Shown here piece after piece: positions 8,454 through 16,405 of a DNA stretch of 64,000 nt (positions are counted from its first letter, which is position 1; every line of letters begins with the position of its first letter). The DNA comes from a virus, in the IMG/VR virus record IMGVR_UViG_3300042356_000058, positions 2,506 to 66,505 of that record, one strand, 5' to 3'. The notes under the pieces are model-generated. The model made no database searches. It was not told the DNA's origin and was given only the letters and a program-made list of their open reading frames with translations. Position numbers and translations under genes: made by a program.

Positions 8454-9995
8454 TTAATAGTATGCCGCTTTGCGCCCATAGTTGTACAGCCGGTCTTCTT
8501 TCTCGTCAGAGTCGAGAGCAATAAACCCACCTTGCCTGTACCGCAATAGCGCTTGTGTTGTCGTATCCACGTAGTCGTCGTGCTCCCCAACGGGGAACGC
8601 CGCTATCTCTTCAATCACTTCCCGTGCCCAGCGTGTGTCGGGTGCCCAGACTTTACCACTGCTGAATAAATCTGCAACCGCGTTCACACGCACCATCTTG
8701 TCGTTGCCCCGAGACGGGCTGAACTCCTGCACCGGTATGCCAGTGGCTCTAAGTTCTTGTATCAGTGGTGCGCCAGCTGCCTTTTTCTCCACAATGAACG
8801 CGTCTGGTTCCCACTCTTTCCAGTGTTTGAGCGCCACGGCCTTAAGTTCTGGAAAAGCCATCCGGTCTTTAAACGCGTCGAGCAGGATAAGTTGGGGCGA
8901 GTCATTCTCTTCCTCGTTGTAGAACACGCCCCATGTGGTGCATGCTGAATAGTCCGAGTTGTTCTTGGTCTCAAACGCCGTGTCCCACGACTGAATGATG
9001 TATTCACACTTTGGAGGGTCGTCCTTCTCCCAGCTACGCCACATCCTGCGCGAGATGACAGCGCTGTTCTCAGATGTGGGCTGCTGCATGTACTGCGCGT
9101 TCCAATAACGCGGGTCAAGCGACGCTTTCGTAGACTTAAGTGATGTTAGTGGCCACTGCTCTGGCCAAAGTGACTTCTCGTCCTCTGTGTCCTCGTTCAG
9201 TATCGCAGGCAGCTCCACAATATCCCACGGAATCGCCTCAGGATTCTTAGACTGGTAGTCAATTAAGCGTCCAGTCAAGTCCAAGAGCGACCACCTAGTC
9301 ATAATGACTATGATCGCCCCGCCCGGCATCAAACGTTGGAGCGGGCCTGTCTGGAACCACGACCATGCGGTGTCAAAAGCCAGTCTGCTATTTGTTTTAA
9401 CGTCCTGCTCGGAATGAGGATCATCAATAACGAACAAATCAGCACCACGACCAGCAAGAGCGCCCCCGACACCAGCAGCATAATACTGACCGCCAGCGCT
9501 TGTAGACCACTTACCAGCAGCCTTTTGGTCATCTGCAACCAACGTCTGAGGAAAAACATCACGGTACTCCTCCGAATCAATCAAATTTCGCACCCGCCGA
9601 CCGAAGTCCTCCGACAGACCCGCAGTGTGCGTGCCCATGATGATCTTCTTGTTGGGGTATTTGCCCAGAAAGTACGCAGGGAACAGGTACGAGGAGAACT
9701 CAGACTTGCCCATACGAGGCGCGATGTTGATAATCACCCGTTTTTTCTGCCCCTCGACCACGTCCGTGAAGATTTTTGCCAGTTTCCTGTGGTGCGGGCC
9801 AATCTTAAAGCCGGGATACACAGATGTAGCAAAACCCAACATGTTTGTTTTGGCCGCTTGCAGACTGGCGCGGCGTTCGCGCACCTCTAAATCATCGAGC
9901 AATTCAATCTTGTCGTTCAAACTCATGTACGGAAGCGCTTTTTGTATAGCCTCCAGCTCCACTTTGCTTATCGACGTGAACTGTTCAAGATTCAT
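8454..9995 (-). CDS. terL: Terminase large subunit
   Basis: Walker A APRMGKS, Walker B LFVIDD, nuclease motifs QSWDTA and HDDYVD. Confidence 0.95.
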   Translation of the reverse strand: MNLEQFTSISKVELEAIQKALPYMSLNDKIELLDDLEVRERRASLQAAKTNMLGFATSVYPGFKIGPHHRKLAKIFTDVVEGQKKRVIINIAPRMGKSEFSSYLFPAYFLGKYPNKKIIMGTHTAGLSEDFGRRVRNLIDSEEYRDVFPQTLVADDQKAAGKWSTSAGGQYYAAGVGGALAGRGADLFVIDDPHSEQDVKTNSRLAFDTAWSWFQTGPLQRLMPGGAIIVIMTRWSLLDLTGRLIDYQSKNPEAIPWDIVELPAILNEDTEDEKSLWPEQWPLTSLKSTKASLDPRYWNAQYMQQPTSENSAVISRRMWRSWEKDDPPKCEYIIQSWDTAFETKNNSDYSACTTWGVFYNEEENDSPQLILLDAFKDRMAFPELKAVALKHWKEWEPDAFIVEKKAAGAPLIQELRATGIPVQEFSPSRGNDKMVRVNAVADLFSSGKVWAPDTRWAREVIEEIAAFPVGEHDDYVDTTTQALLRYRQGGFIALDSDEKEDRLYNYGRKAAYY

Positions 9996-10596
9996 CTGTG
10001 CTCTCTGACCCATCATTCTGCACAAGTGGGATATCTTCTGGGCGCTCGGAAACGTCCACCACGTCTATCACCCCCATGAACTTGGCCAACTTATCTTTGA
10101 TGCGCTGCTCAACTTCAGCGTCACTCATCTCAATCTTCTTGACCTCAATTTGCTCAGTAAACAGCCCGACTTCCGTGACTTTACCTAGCGCGATCAAAGC
10201 TTTCAGGCGGATGTTGGCGTTGGGGGACTTAGTCTCTTCAACCAGCTTGGCCACTGTGTAGCCCCGGATCTCCTGCGCCATATCAATAAACTGCCAGTCA
10301 TAGGCCGCCAACATGCCTGTCAGATGTCTTACAGCAGGGGGAGTCTTAAGTTCAGCAAGAGAAGCTTTTTGCTCCGTGGTATCTGCGTTGGTGGTGAGCG
10401 TGTTGAATGCTTTTCGTGCAGCTTGTGTTTGTTGCTGATCCGCAACAGAGGCGTCATCTTCTACGCCTAACTCTGCTAACCACTGCTCTGTGGCTACTTG
10501 CGCAGACAGCAAAGCTTCTGGCTCCGCGTCGTCCAACTTTTCAAACCCATCCCGAGAGGTGACCTCAGGTTCAAAATGCACCAAGTGATCTAACAT
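9985..10596 (-). CDS. Putative terminase small subunit
   Basis: 203 aa overlapping the TerL start; IRLKALIALGK..VGLFTE C-terminal pattern. Confidence 0.6.
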   Translation of the reverse strand: MLDHLVHFEPEVTSRDGFEKLDDAEPEALLSAQVATEQWLAELGVEDDASVADQQQTQAARKAFNTLTTNADTTEQKASLAELKTPPAVRHLTGMLAAYDWQFIDMAQEIRGYTVAKLVEETKSPNANIRLKALIALGKVTEVGLFTEQIEVKKIEMSDAEVEQRIKDKLAKFMGVIDVVDVSERPEDIPLVQNDGSESTDES

Positions 10597-10634
10597 GCGT
10601 AGGAATCCTTTTCAGTTGCTTCCTCGTTGGCGCT

Positions 10635-10664
10635 AGTGTACACTTCTTTTCGGCGAGTGCGCAA
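10635..10664 (-). promoter_or_regulatory. Putative promoter of the packaging/head operon
   Basis: TTGCGC-18-TACACT; same -35 hexamer as the promoter at 1453. Confidence 0.45.
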
Positions 10665-10703
10665 GCATTTGCTTCTCCTCGATGGTTTCAGTTGCCATCT
10701 TTA

Positions 10704-10740
10704 CCCCCGGAACGTCTGCAGATGCCCGGGGGTTTTTTTT
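10704..10740 (+). terminator. Intrinsic terminator
   Basis: CCCCCGG...CCGGGGG followed by T8. Confidence 0.7.
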
Positions 10741-10911
10741 GCCTCGAGGTTTTTCCAAATTTTTATAAAATTTTACGGGGGTGCTGTGTTTTTATACAGT
10801 ATTGTGATTCCGGATTTTTTAAAAATTGAATCGTGGTTACGAAACAGTGTTCACACCATGACGCCACGGCACGGCTCAATAGGGCTTGGTGGGGGTAGGG
10901 TGGGGGTCAAG

Positions 10912-10929
10912 TGTGGTCAAGTGACCACT
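10912..10929. repeat. 18-bp palindrome, copy 1
   Basis: TGTGGTCAAGTGACCACT. Confidence 0.9.
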
Positions 10930-10954
10930 GTCAAGTGGATACGGCAACGACTTG

Positions 10955-10963
10955 TGGTATACT
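10955..10963 (+). promoter_or_regulatory. Early promoter, extended -10
   Basis: TGgTATACT upstream of the first plus-strand gene; -35 is weak. Confidence 0.5.
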
Positions 10964-10999
10964 AGATGCATCGGTTGGGGATTGCCTAGCCGATTGGTT

Positions 11000-11028
11000 G
11001 CCTCGCCCATTGCGAGGCTTTTTTATTT
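11000..11028 (+). terminator. Terminator-like hairpin in the leader of the first early gene
   Basis: GCCTCGC-ccatt-GCGAGGC-TTTTTTATTT directly before the RBS. Confidence 0.6.
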
Positions 11029-11040
11029 AGGAATCAAATC

Positions 11041-11424
11041 ATGAACAAGCAATACGCAAAGTTCCTCGCATCACTTCGCACCGCACTCACAGCCAACCGA
11101 AAGGCTGGTGAGGCCCTTGCAGAGTATCGACCTATCTACAACAAGCTAGCACCAGAGTCACAGTTCGTGGTGCGCTTGGAAGTAGCAGGCGAGATCGCTG
11201 ACGCCTTTGAGTGCGAGGTGCGTGAGAGTGTGTATCGTGGCGAAAAGACCATAGCCTTCGATGGTGATCGCAAGAGTGATGCACGCAATGCGCTTCGCTA
11301 CTACTTCCCTGTGAAGTCTGACTCACGTGGTTCGAACAACAAGGCAGACCCAGTAGCTGACTTGCTCAAGAAGTTCAACGCACTGAGCGCAGGTGAGAAA
11401 CGCCGTTTCTTGAAGGCAATCTAA
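11041..11424 (+). CDS. First early protein, hypothetical (127 aa)
   Basis: AGGA RBS and intact ORF. Confidence 0.8.
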   Translation: MNKQYAKFLASLRTALTANRKAGEALAEYRPIYNKLAPESQFVVRLEVAGEIADAFECEVRESVYRGEKTIAFDGDRKSDARNALRYYFPVKSDSRGSNNKADPVADLLKKFNALSAGEKRRFLKAI

Positions 11425-11425
11425 T

Positions 11426-11443
11426 TGTGGTCATTTGACCACA
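11426..11443. repeat. 18-bp palindrome, copy 2
   Basis: TGTGGTCATTTGACCACA 1 nt after a stop codon, followed by GTTTTTT. Confidence 0.9.
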
Positions 11444-11512
11444 GTTTTTTCGGAGAGCACAACGGGCGAGGTCTGCCCGTTGTTTCATTTACTGTCAATC
11501 TAAGGAATCACT

Positions 11513-11641
11513 ATGACAACCAAAGAACTACAACAACTTGTTCGTGAGTACATGAACGAGCCTGACCACAACAAAGCCGCCGTTCTCTACGAACGCATCA
11601 TCAACGAATACGACAGCCTCGGCAAAGTCGTCCCCTTCTAA
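11513..11641 (+). CDS. Small early protein (42 aa)
   Basis: TAAGGA RBS; MTTKELQQLVREYMNEPDHNKAAVLYERIINEYDSLGKVVPF. Confidence 0.7.
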   Translation: MTTKELQQLVREYMNEPDHNKAAVLYERIINEYDSLGKVVPF

Positions 11642-11650
11642 GGAATCATC

Positions 11651-11857
11651 ATGAGCAAATCATCTAAAAACAAACACTACGCCCTCTCTCAAATGAAAGA
11701 ACTGCGTGCAGAGTTCGTAGCCATGCGTGACAAGTGGGAGAAAGACCCACGAGCAGTCATGCAATACAAAGCGCAACTGCGTGAGCAGAAGGCGAAAGAG
11801 TCCATCAATGAGTGGGAACAAATCAAGCGTGAGTCCAAACAACTGCGCCTCCTCTAA
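11651..11857 (+). CDS. Small early protein (68 aa)
   Basis: TAAGGA RBS; helical, basic. Confidence 0.75.
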   Translation: MSKSSKNKHYALSQMKELRAEFVAMRDKWEKDPRAVMQYKAQLREQKAKESINEWEQIKRESKQLRLL

Positions 11858-11858
11858 G

Positions 11859-11876
11859 TGTGGTCAAATGACCACA
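11859..11876. repeat. 18-bp palindrome, copy 3
   Basis: TGTGGTCAAATGACCACA 1 nt after a stop codon. Confidence 0.9.
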
Positions 11877-12262
11877 ATCAATCTCTCCACAACGTGTTGT
11901 GGAGAAGTAGGGTAAAAGTGTTGTTTTTTCGCACATACCCACCACTTGACACAACTGGACACACACGAGGGTATCCCGCAACCCGCATGGATACTAGCGT
12001 TCAGCGTACACACGTCCACAATACCTATATATATAAATACAATTTTCATTTAGATATATATATCTGTATGTTGCTGGGTGTGTCTAGTTGTTCAAGTTTT
12101 TATCTTAGTCTTAGTGTTCTTGAAAAATGGTGGGTATTGTGGTCACATCGAGTGCAAACCCGCGTGTATACTACGTTTGACCTCGTCATCCACAAGTGGG
12201 CCACCTGTGTTGACTGGTGGGCCAGTTACAAAACCAAGTGGGCCAGTTAGCCCCAACCTGTA
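11877..12262. other. Candidate replication origin
   Basis: About 390 bp without a credible ORF; AT-rich core near 12020-12065; GTGGGCCA at 12196, 12217 and 12238 (21-bp period). Confidence 0.45.
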
Positions 12263-12272
12263 AGGATAAAGT

Positions 12273-12905
12273 ATGCAAATCAAAACGTGCGCTAAATGTG
12301 GGGAGTCGCGCCCCCTCAAAGATTTCACGTACCTTGCCACGTATGCACAGTCAAAAGCATGGGGTCGAGCAGGCAATGTGCGTATGGAGTTAACCTCCAA
12401 GAACTGCAAAGACTGCCGCCCCAAGCGCAAACCAGTAGCAAAGCTCAGCGCCAAGGAGATACACAACAGGGTTCAGACAGGCGACATGAACGCACTCATG
12501 GCCAAGCACCTCAGAGAAAAGCAAGCTCAAGATGAGCACAACAAGCAAGCTATCGCATCACGCAGGCGATGGCTCAAGGTATGGAAGGCAGAGCTAGCCG
12601 AGGCACTCAAGCCCATCACATACGAGATCGTCAGCGCCCGTAACGCATGGATGTACGCAAGGCGCAATGGTTACGTAGACAAGGCCACGTTCTACCATGA
12701 ATACATGGGGATGTTACAGCTAGCCAAGAACAGGGTCGAGTTCAATCATGCGTTACGCCCACGCCGACCTGCTAGCGCAAGGTGGGCGGACTACATAGAC
12801 GATGCCATCTTTGCGAAAACACGCGAGATGTGGGCGGTGCTACCGCCTGTATATAAACACAGCAAGATACCCTTGCTGATAACGTACCGCCCCGATGGGG
12901 AGTAA
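12273..12905 (+). CDS. Hypothetical protein with N-terminal Zn finger (210 aa)
   Basis: CAKC...CKDC; TAAGGA RBS. Confidence 0.8.
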   Translation: MQIKTCAKCGESRPLKDFTYLATYAQSKAWGRAGNVRMELTSKNCKDCRPKRKPVAKLSAKEIHNRVQTGDMNALMAKHLREKQAQDEHNKQAIASRRRWLKVWKAELAEALKPITYEIVSARNAWMYARRNGYVDKATFYHEYMGMLQLAKNRVEFNHALRPRRPASARWADYIDDAIFAKTREMWAVLPPVYKHSKIPLLITYRPDGE

Positions 12906-12911
12906 ACCGAA

Positions 12912-12929
12912 TGTGGTCAATTGACCACA
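12912..12929. repeat. 18-bp palindrome, copy 4
   Basis: TGTGGTCAATTGACCACA (perfect). Confidence 0.9.
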
Positions 12930-12972
12930 ATGCCGCCAGTCATTCACTGGCAAACAACTTAGGGAGAAGTAA

Positions 12973-13137
12973 ATGAAACTAACACAAGACGAACTATGGG
13001 ATTTGTCCGAGATTGCTTGGGCTCACGCTCAACACAACGACGAAGACCCCGAGTACTACGACAAGTTCGAGGCATTGCATAAGAAACTTACGGCAATGGC
13101 AATAGCAATCAGAGACAAAGAAGGAGTAATCAAATGA
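12973..13137 (+). CDS. Small early protein (54 aa)
   Basis: GGGAG RBS; MKLTQDELWDLSEIAW...; ATGA-coupled to the next gene. Confidence 0.7.
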   Translation: MKLTQDELWDLSEIAWAHAQHNDEDPEYYDKFEALHKKLTAMAIAIRDKEGVIK

Positions 13138-13388
13138 AAAGCATATGGATAGCGGTCGGTCGTGATGCCGACTTCGGAGAAGATCACACAGTCGAGGACA
13201 TGTATGTGTTCGAGTCATCGTTCGACGCACACAAGTTCATCAGGGGCATCAAGCATTACATGGACATACCCGAGAAGATACGCAACCAAGACTGGTCGGT
13301 AGAGGAGCACCCTATAAACGAGAACAAGATCAGCGCCTTGTTGAATTTTCACAGCACCCACAAGGAGGATACAAATGGTGATAACTAA
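13134..13388 (+). CDS. Hypothetical protein (84 aa)
   Basis: AAGGAG RBS. Confidence 0.75.
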   Translation: MKSIWIAVGRDADFGEDHTVEDMYVFESSFDAHKFIRGIKHYMDIPEKIRNQDWSVEEHPINENKISALLNFHSTHKEDTNGDN

Positions 13389-13689
13389 GCCAACTAAAAA
13401 GAGTTGGGTTGAGTATGGTATGGACAACCCGTTCATATTCAAACCCAAGTACATCAAGTTCAGGCCACCACGCATCAAGCCTATCAAAGAGGACGACTAC
13501 CAACTGCTCGACTTCTTGATGTGCTTTGCGGCATACGACGTGAAGGGGTTCGCCTCGTCCGAGTTCACGGCGGGTAGTCTCAGCTACCTACTACGCACCT
13601 ATGGCGAGAGCTTCACGCTCATGGGACACAACATCTACAAATATCACTTAACGGAGATACGCAATGCATACGCTGTGGCAGAAATTTGA
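13375..13689 (+). CDS. Hypothetical protein (104 aa)
   Basis: AGGAGG RBS. Confidence 0.75.
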   Translation: MVITKPTKKSWVEYGMDNPFIFKPKYIKFRPPRIKPIKEDDYQLLDFLMCFAAYDVKGFASSEFTAGSLSYLLRTYGESFTLMGHNIYKYHLTEIRNAYAVAEI

Positions 13690-13756
13690 AAGGGCGGTGG
13701 TCTTACTAGCCATCATTGTTTTAATTCTTGATCTGTTCTATTGGAGAGGAGGCTAA
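13664..13756 (+). CDS. Small membrane peptide (30 aa)
   Basis: GGAG RBS; MHTLWQKFERAVVLLAIIVLILDLFYWRGG has one hydrophobic helix. Confidence 0.55.
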   Translation: MHTLWQKFERAVVLLAIIVLILDLFYWRGG

Positions 13757-13781
13757 TACACAAGGAACACTCATCAGTCAT

Positions 13782-13799
13782 TGTGGTCAATTGACCACA
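13782..13799. repeat. 18-bp palindrome, copy 5
   Basis: TGTGGTCAATTGACCACA (perfect). Confidence 0.9.
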
Positions 13800-13836
13800 C
13801 TTTTACTTTCATTCATTTAATTTTTGGAGATTTATC

Positions 13837-14259
13837 ATGGAACAAACAGTTCAAACACCAACAGTACCCGAAGTCACACAGCCATCAATGCCTACTTCAG
13901 CGCTGATGACCACGCTCATGGCGCTCGTTGAGAACTACATCAAAGACATCGTGTCCGCACAGGTCAACGAGATACTGACGAGTCACCGCACCCTGCGAGT
14001 TATTGACGATGGCTTCGAGAACAAGATACGCGAGATAGCCCAAGATGTTGCAGAGAGTGTGGTCAGCGATCACACCGATGGCGAATATCACATCAGCGAG
14101 GACGCCATCAATGACATGGCCGTAAGCGCAGTAGAAGACCACGACTTCGACAATCAGATCAGCGAGGCAGTCAACGATGCGATCAACGAGTTCGACTTCT
14201 CAGATGTCGTTACGGCGGCAATCAAGGACAACGTCACGTTCAGCGTCACAGTAGACTAA
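13837..14259 (+). CDS. Acidic hypothetical protein (140 aa)
   Basis: GGAG RBS; D/E-rich helical repeats. Confidence 0.8.
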   Translation: MEQTVQTPTVPEVTQPSMPTSALMTTLMALVENYIKDIVSAQVNEILTSHRTLRVIDDGFENKIREIAQDVAESVVSDHTDGEYHISEDAINDMAVSAVEDHDFDNQISEAVNDAINEFDFSDVVTAAIKDNVTFSVTVD

Positions 14260-14269
14260 TGGAGGAACC

Positions 14270-14944
14270 ATGGACACCACAACAGAAAGCTTAGCGTTTC
14301 AACAACTCTCGAACTATGCCAAGCAACACGCTATTACTGAGTACGGGCAACCGCCCGATGATTGGTATGAAGAGATCTACGCACGAGCTAAAGAGGATGG
14401 CTTCGCAAGAGGCTTTTACATTGAAGAGATTCAGTTCAGTGGCTTTCACTCACAAGGTGATGGTGCATCGTGGACTGGTCACATAGATCTTGCTGACTTC
14501 ATTGAATATCACAGCAAACCAGAGGACGCTGACTACACGCAGTACGTTGTGCTACGTGAGCTAATCAAAGATGGTTGGTGTGAAGACAAAGTAGAAATCA
14601 GCAGGAACGGCTTTTACTACAACCACAGCGGCACGATGCGTAGCGCAAGCATCAACGACAGTATCAGTTATGCAGAGGACGACTCAGTCATGGACAGAGG
14701 TATCTTGGAGGGCGCTAATGTGAAAGAGCTAGCCAACTCTATTGGTACAGATGAGTTGTTCAACGAGCTAGAGGGGTGGGCGTTAGGCAAAGCACAGAAG
14801 TTTGCCGATGAGGTATTCAAACAACTACGAGAAGAGTACGACGCATACACAAGCGAAGAGTACTTCATAGACCTGTGCGACATCAACGGATGGCGCTTCG
14901 ATCAACGTGGCATTTTAACAGAGGGAGATCATCATGGGATATAG
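14270..14944 (+). CDS. Acidic hypothetical protein (224 aa)
   Basis: GGAGG RBS; FSGFHSQGDGA motif. Confidence 0.8.
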   Translation: MDTTTESLAFQQLSNYAKQHAITEYGQPPDDWYEEIYARAKEDGFARGFYIEEIQFSGFHSQGDGASWTGHIDLADFIEYHSKPEDADYTQYVVLRELIKDGWCEDKVEISRNGFYYNHSGTMRSASINDSISYAEDDSVMDRGILEGANVKELANSIGTDELFNELEGWALGKAQKFADEVFKQLREEYDAYTSEEYFIDLCDINGWRFDQRGILTEGDHHGI

Positions 14945-15341
14945 ATCAGACGTAGCGTATGTCATCAAGTTCGATGACATCGAGACACGCGACAACTTCG
15001 TAACGCTGATGCTTGCGAAGAACGAGCCGCCGATTACGCAGGCAATCAACGATTGTGAATACCGCTACAACGATGACCCGATCATCACGTTCGAATCGGA
15101 GAGTGTTAAGTGGTATCCGGACTTCGATGATGTGAAGGCGCATCATCAACTGATGAAAGATGCAGTAGAAATTTATGGAGAAGAGAAAGGAGGTAGGTAT
15201 AGGTTTATCAGCGTGGGTGAGGATGGCGCTGAGGACTTCGATGAGAGCGACGATGAGGGTGATTTGTATGACTACATTACAACAGTACATGCAGTACAAA
15301 CATCTTTCCCCTATATTAAATCAACTGAAACACAGGAGTAA
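14934..15341 (+). CDS. Acidic hypothetical protein (135 aa)
   Basis: MGYRSDV start; VKWY and VGEDG motifs. Confidence 0.8.
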   Translation: MGYRSDVAYVIKFDDIETRDNFVTLMLAKNEPPITQAINDCEYRYNDDPIITFESESVKWYPDFDDVKAHHQLMKDAVEIYGEEKGGRYRFISVGEDGAEDFDESDDEGDLYDYITTVHAVQTSFPYIKSTETQE

Positions 15342-15346
15342 TTATC

Positions 15347-16324
15347 ATGGCATACATATGCAGAAACTATCAAGAAGCAGAGCTTCTATTCGAAGATCGC
15401 GGGCCAGTACGCAGTAGTAAGTGGCAACCCAACGAGCGACCACTTGACCCCAAGCCAGTAGCACACCACCGCCTCATCCAAGGCAGTAACTCTTACGGCA
15501 AGTACTTCGACGTCAAGCTGTATCAGACTATCATGGCGCGGTTCTACGAGCCCAAGGTAGAGGACGGCAAGCGTGTTGAGCGTAGGTTGTACATGGGTCA
15601 CGCATCACAGACTAGTATGCAGTTCATGCGTCACACGTTACGTGTTGAGTGTGGTGTGAATACTATTTGGGATGATGAGATGCTTGTGGATGATCGCACC
15701 ATCATGCCCATCTACACCAAGCACTTCATGGTTGACGAGGACAACACGCCGTTCAGCTTGGACGCTGTGTTTGTCGATGGCAAGTTAGATACTGCGGAGT
15801 CTGAGCATACCAAGCACTACCGACTAGTCGCGGACACCGATGTCCGCAAGTACAAGGCAAAGGTTGCCGCACACTTCGAGCCATACATCATGCTTGCACA
15901 GATGCGTATGCCAGAGTTCAAAGCTGAGTGCAATCTTGACTACAAGTATGGTCAAGCGTTCGGTGGGGAGGGATACAACCGCGCATACTACATGGCGATA
16001 CAAGAGATGTGGAATGACCCCGAGCCACGGCAACAGGACATTGATGTGTTCTTTGAGATGTGTCAGAGTGCTTACAACATCATCGCCTCCAAGCGTGGTG
16101 CTGACCAAGAGGGCTTCCAAATGAAGGGTTCTTGGTATACCCGCAACACAACCACCGACCACACAGTTGACGACTTGAAGAAGCCCATCGAGATGGTCGA
16201 GTTCAGGCGTGCCATCCTTGACAGGATACAGAGATACGTTGGCAGTAACTCACTTAAGAAACCAGAGGAGGTGAAACAATTCCCGAAACATTCTGAATAC
16301 CCACGTAGTAATATCCACACCTGA
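15347..16324 (+). CDS. Hypothetical protein (325 aa)
   Basis: AGGAG RBS, long intact ORF. Confidence 0.8.
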   Translation: MAYICRNYQEAELLFEDRGPVRSSKWQPNERPLDPKPVAHHRLIQGSNSYGKYFDVKLYQTIMARFYEPKVEDGKRVERRLYMGHASQTSMQFMRHTLRVECGVNTIWDDEMLVDDRTIMPIYTKHFMVDEDNTPFSLDAVFVDGKLDTAESEHTKHYRLVADTDVRKYKAKVAAHFEPYIMLAQMRMPEFKAECNLDYKYGQAFGGEGYNRAYYMAIQEMWNDPEPRQQDIDVFFEMCQSAYNIIASKRGADQEGFQMKGSWYTRNTTTDHTVDDLKKPIEMVEFRRAILDRIQRYVGSNSLKKPEEVKQFPKHSEYPRSNIHT

Positions 16325-16342
16325 GTAGCATCAGGGTTTCCG

Positions 16343-16378
16343 ATAGGTTGTCAAGTCTTTGACAACCTATGCTATAAT
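16343..16378 (+). promoter_or_regulatory. Extended -10 promoter abutting a 28-bp palindrome
   Basis: ATAGGTTGTCAA-gtct-TTGACAACCTAT followed by TGcTATAAT. Confidence 0.7.
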
Positions 16379-16405
16379 TTCTTTAAACAAAACAGGAGAA
16401 GCACT

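Noticed and set aside
11858-12250. 130-aa ORF from the track
   Set aside because: No RBS, begins inside the palindrome, crosses low-complexity TA runs; more likely non-coding
10912-13799. CRISPR array or integron attC array formed by the palindromes
   Set aside because: Spacing is irregular (about 430-1050 bp) and spans whole genes; repeats are only 18 bp; no cas operon or integron integrase seen
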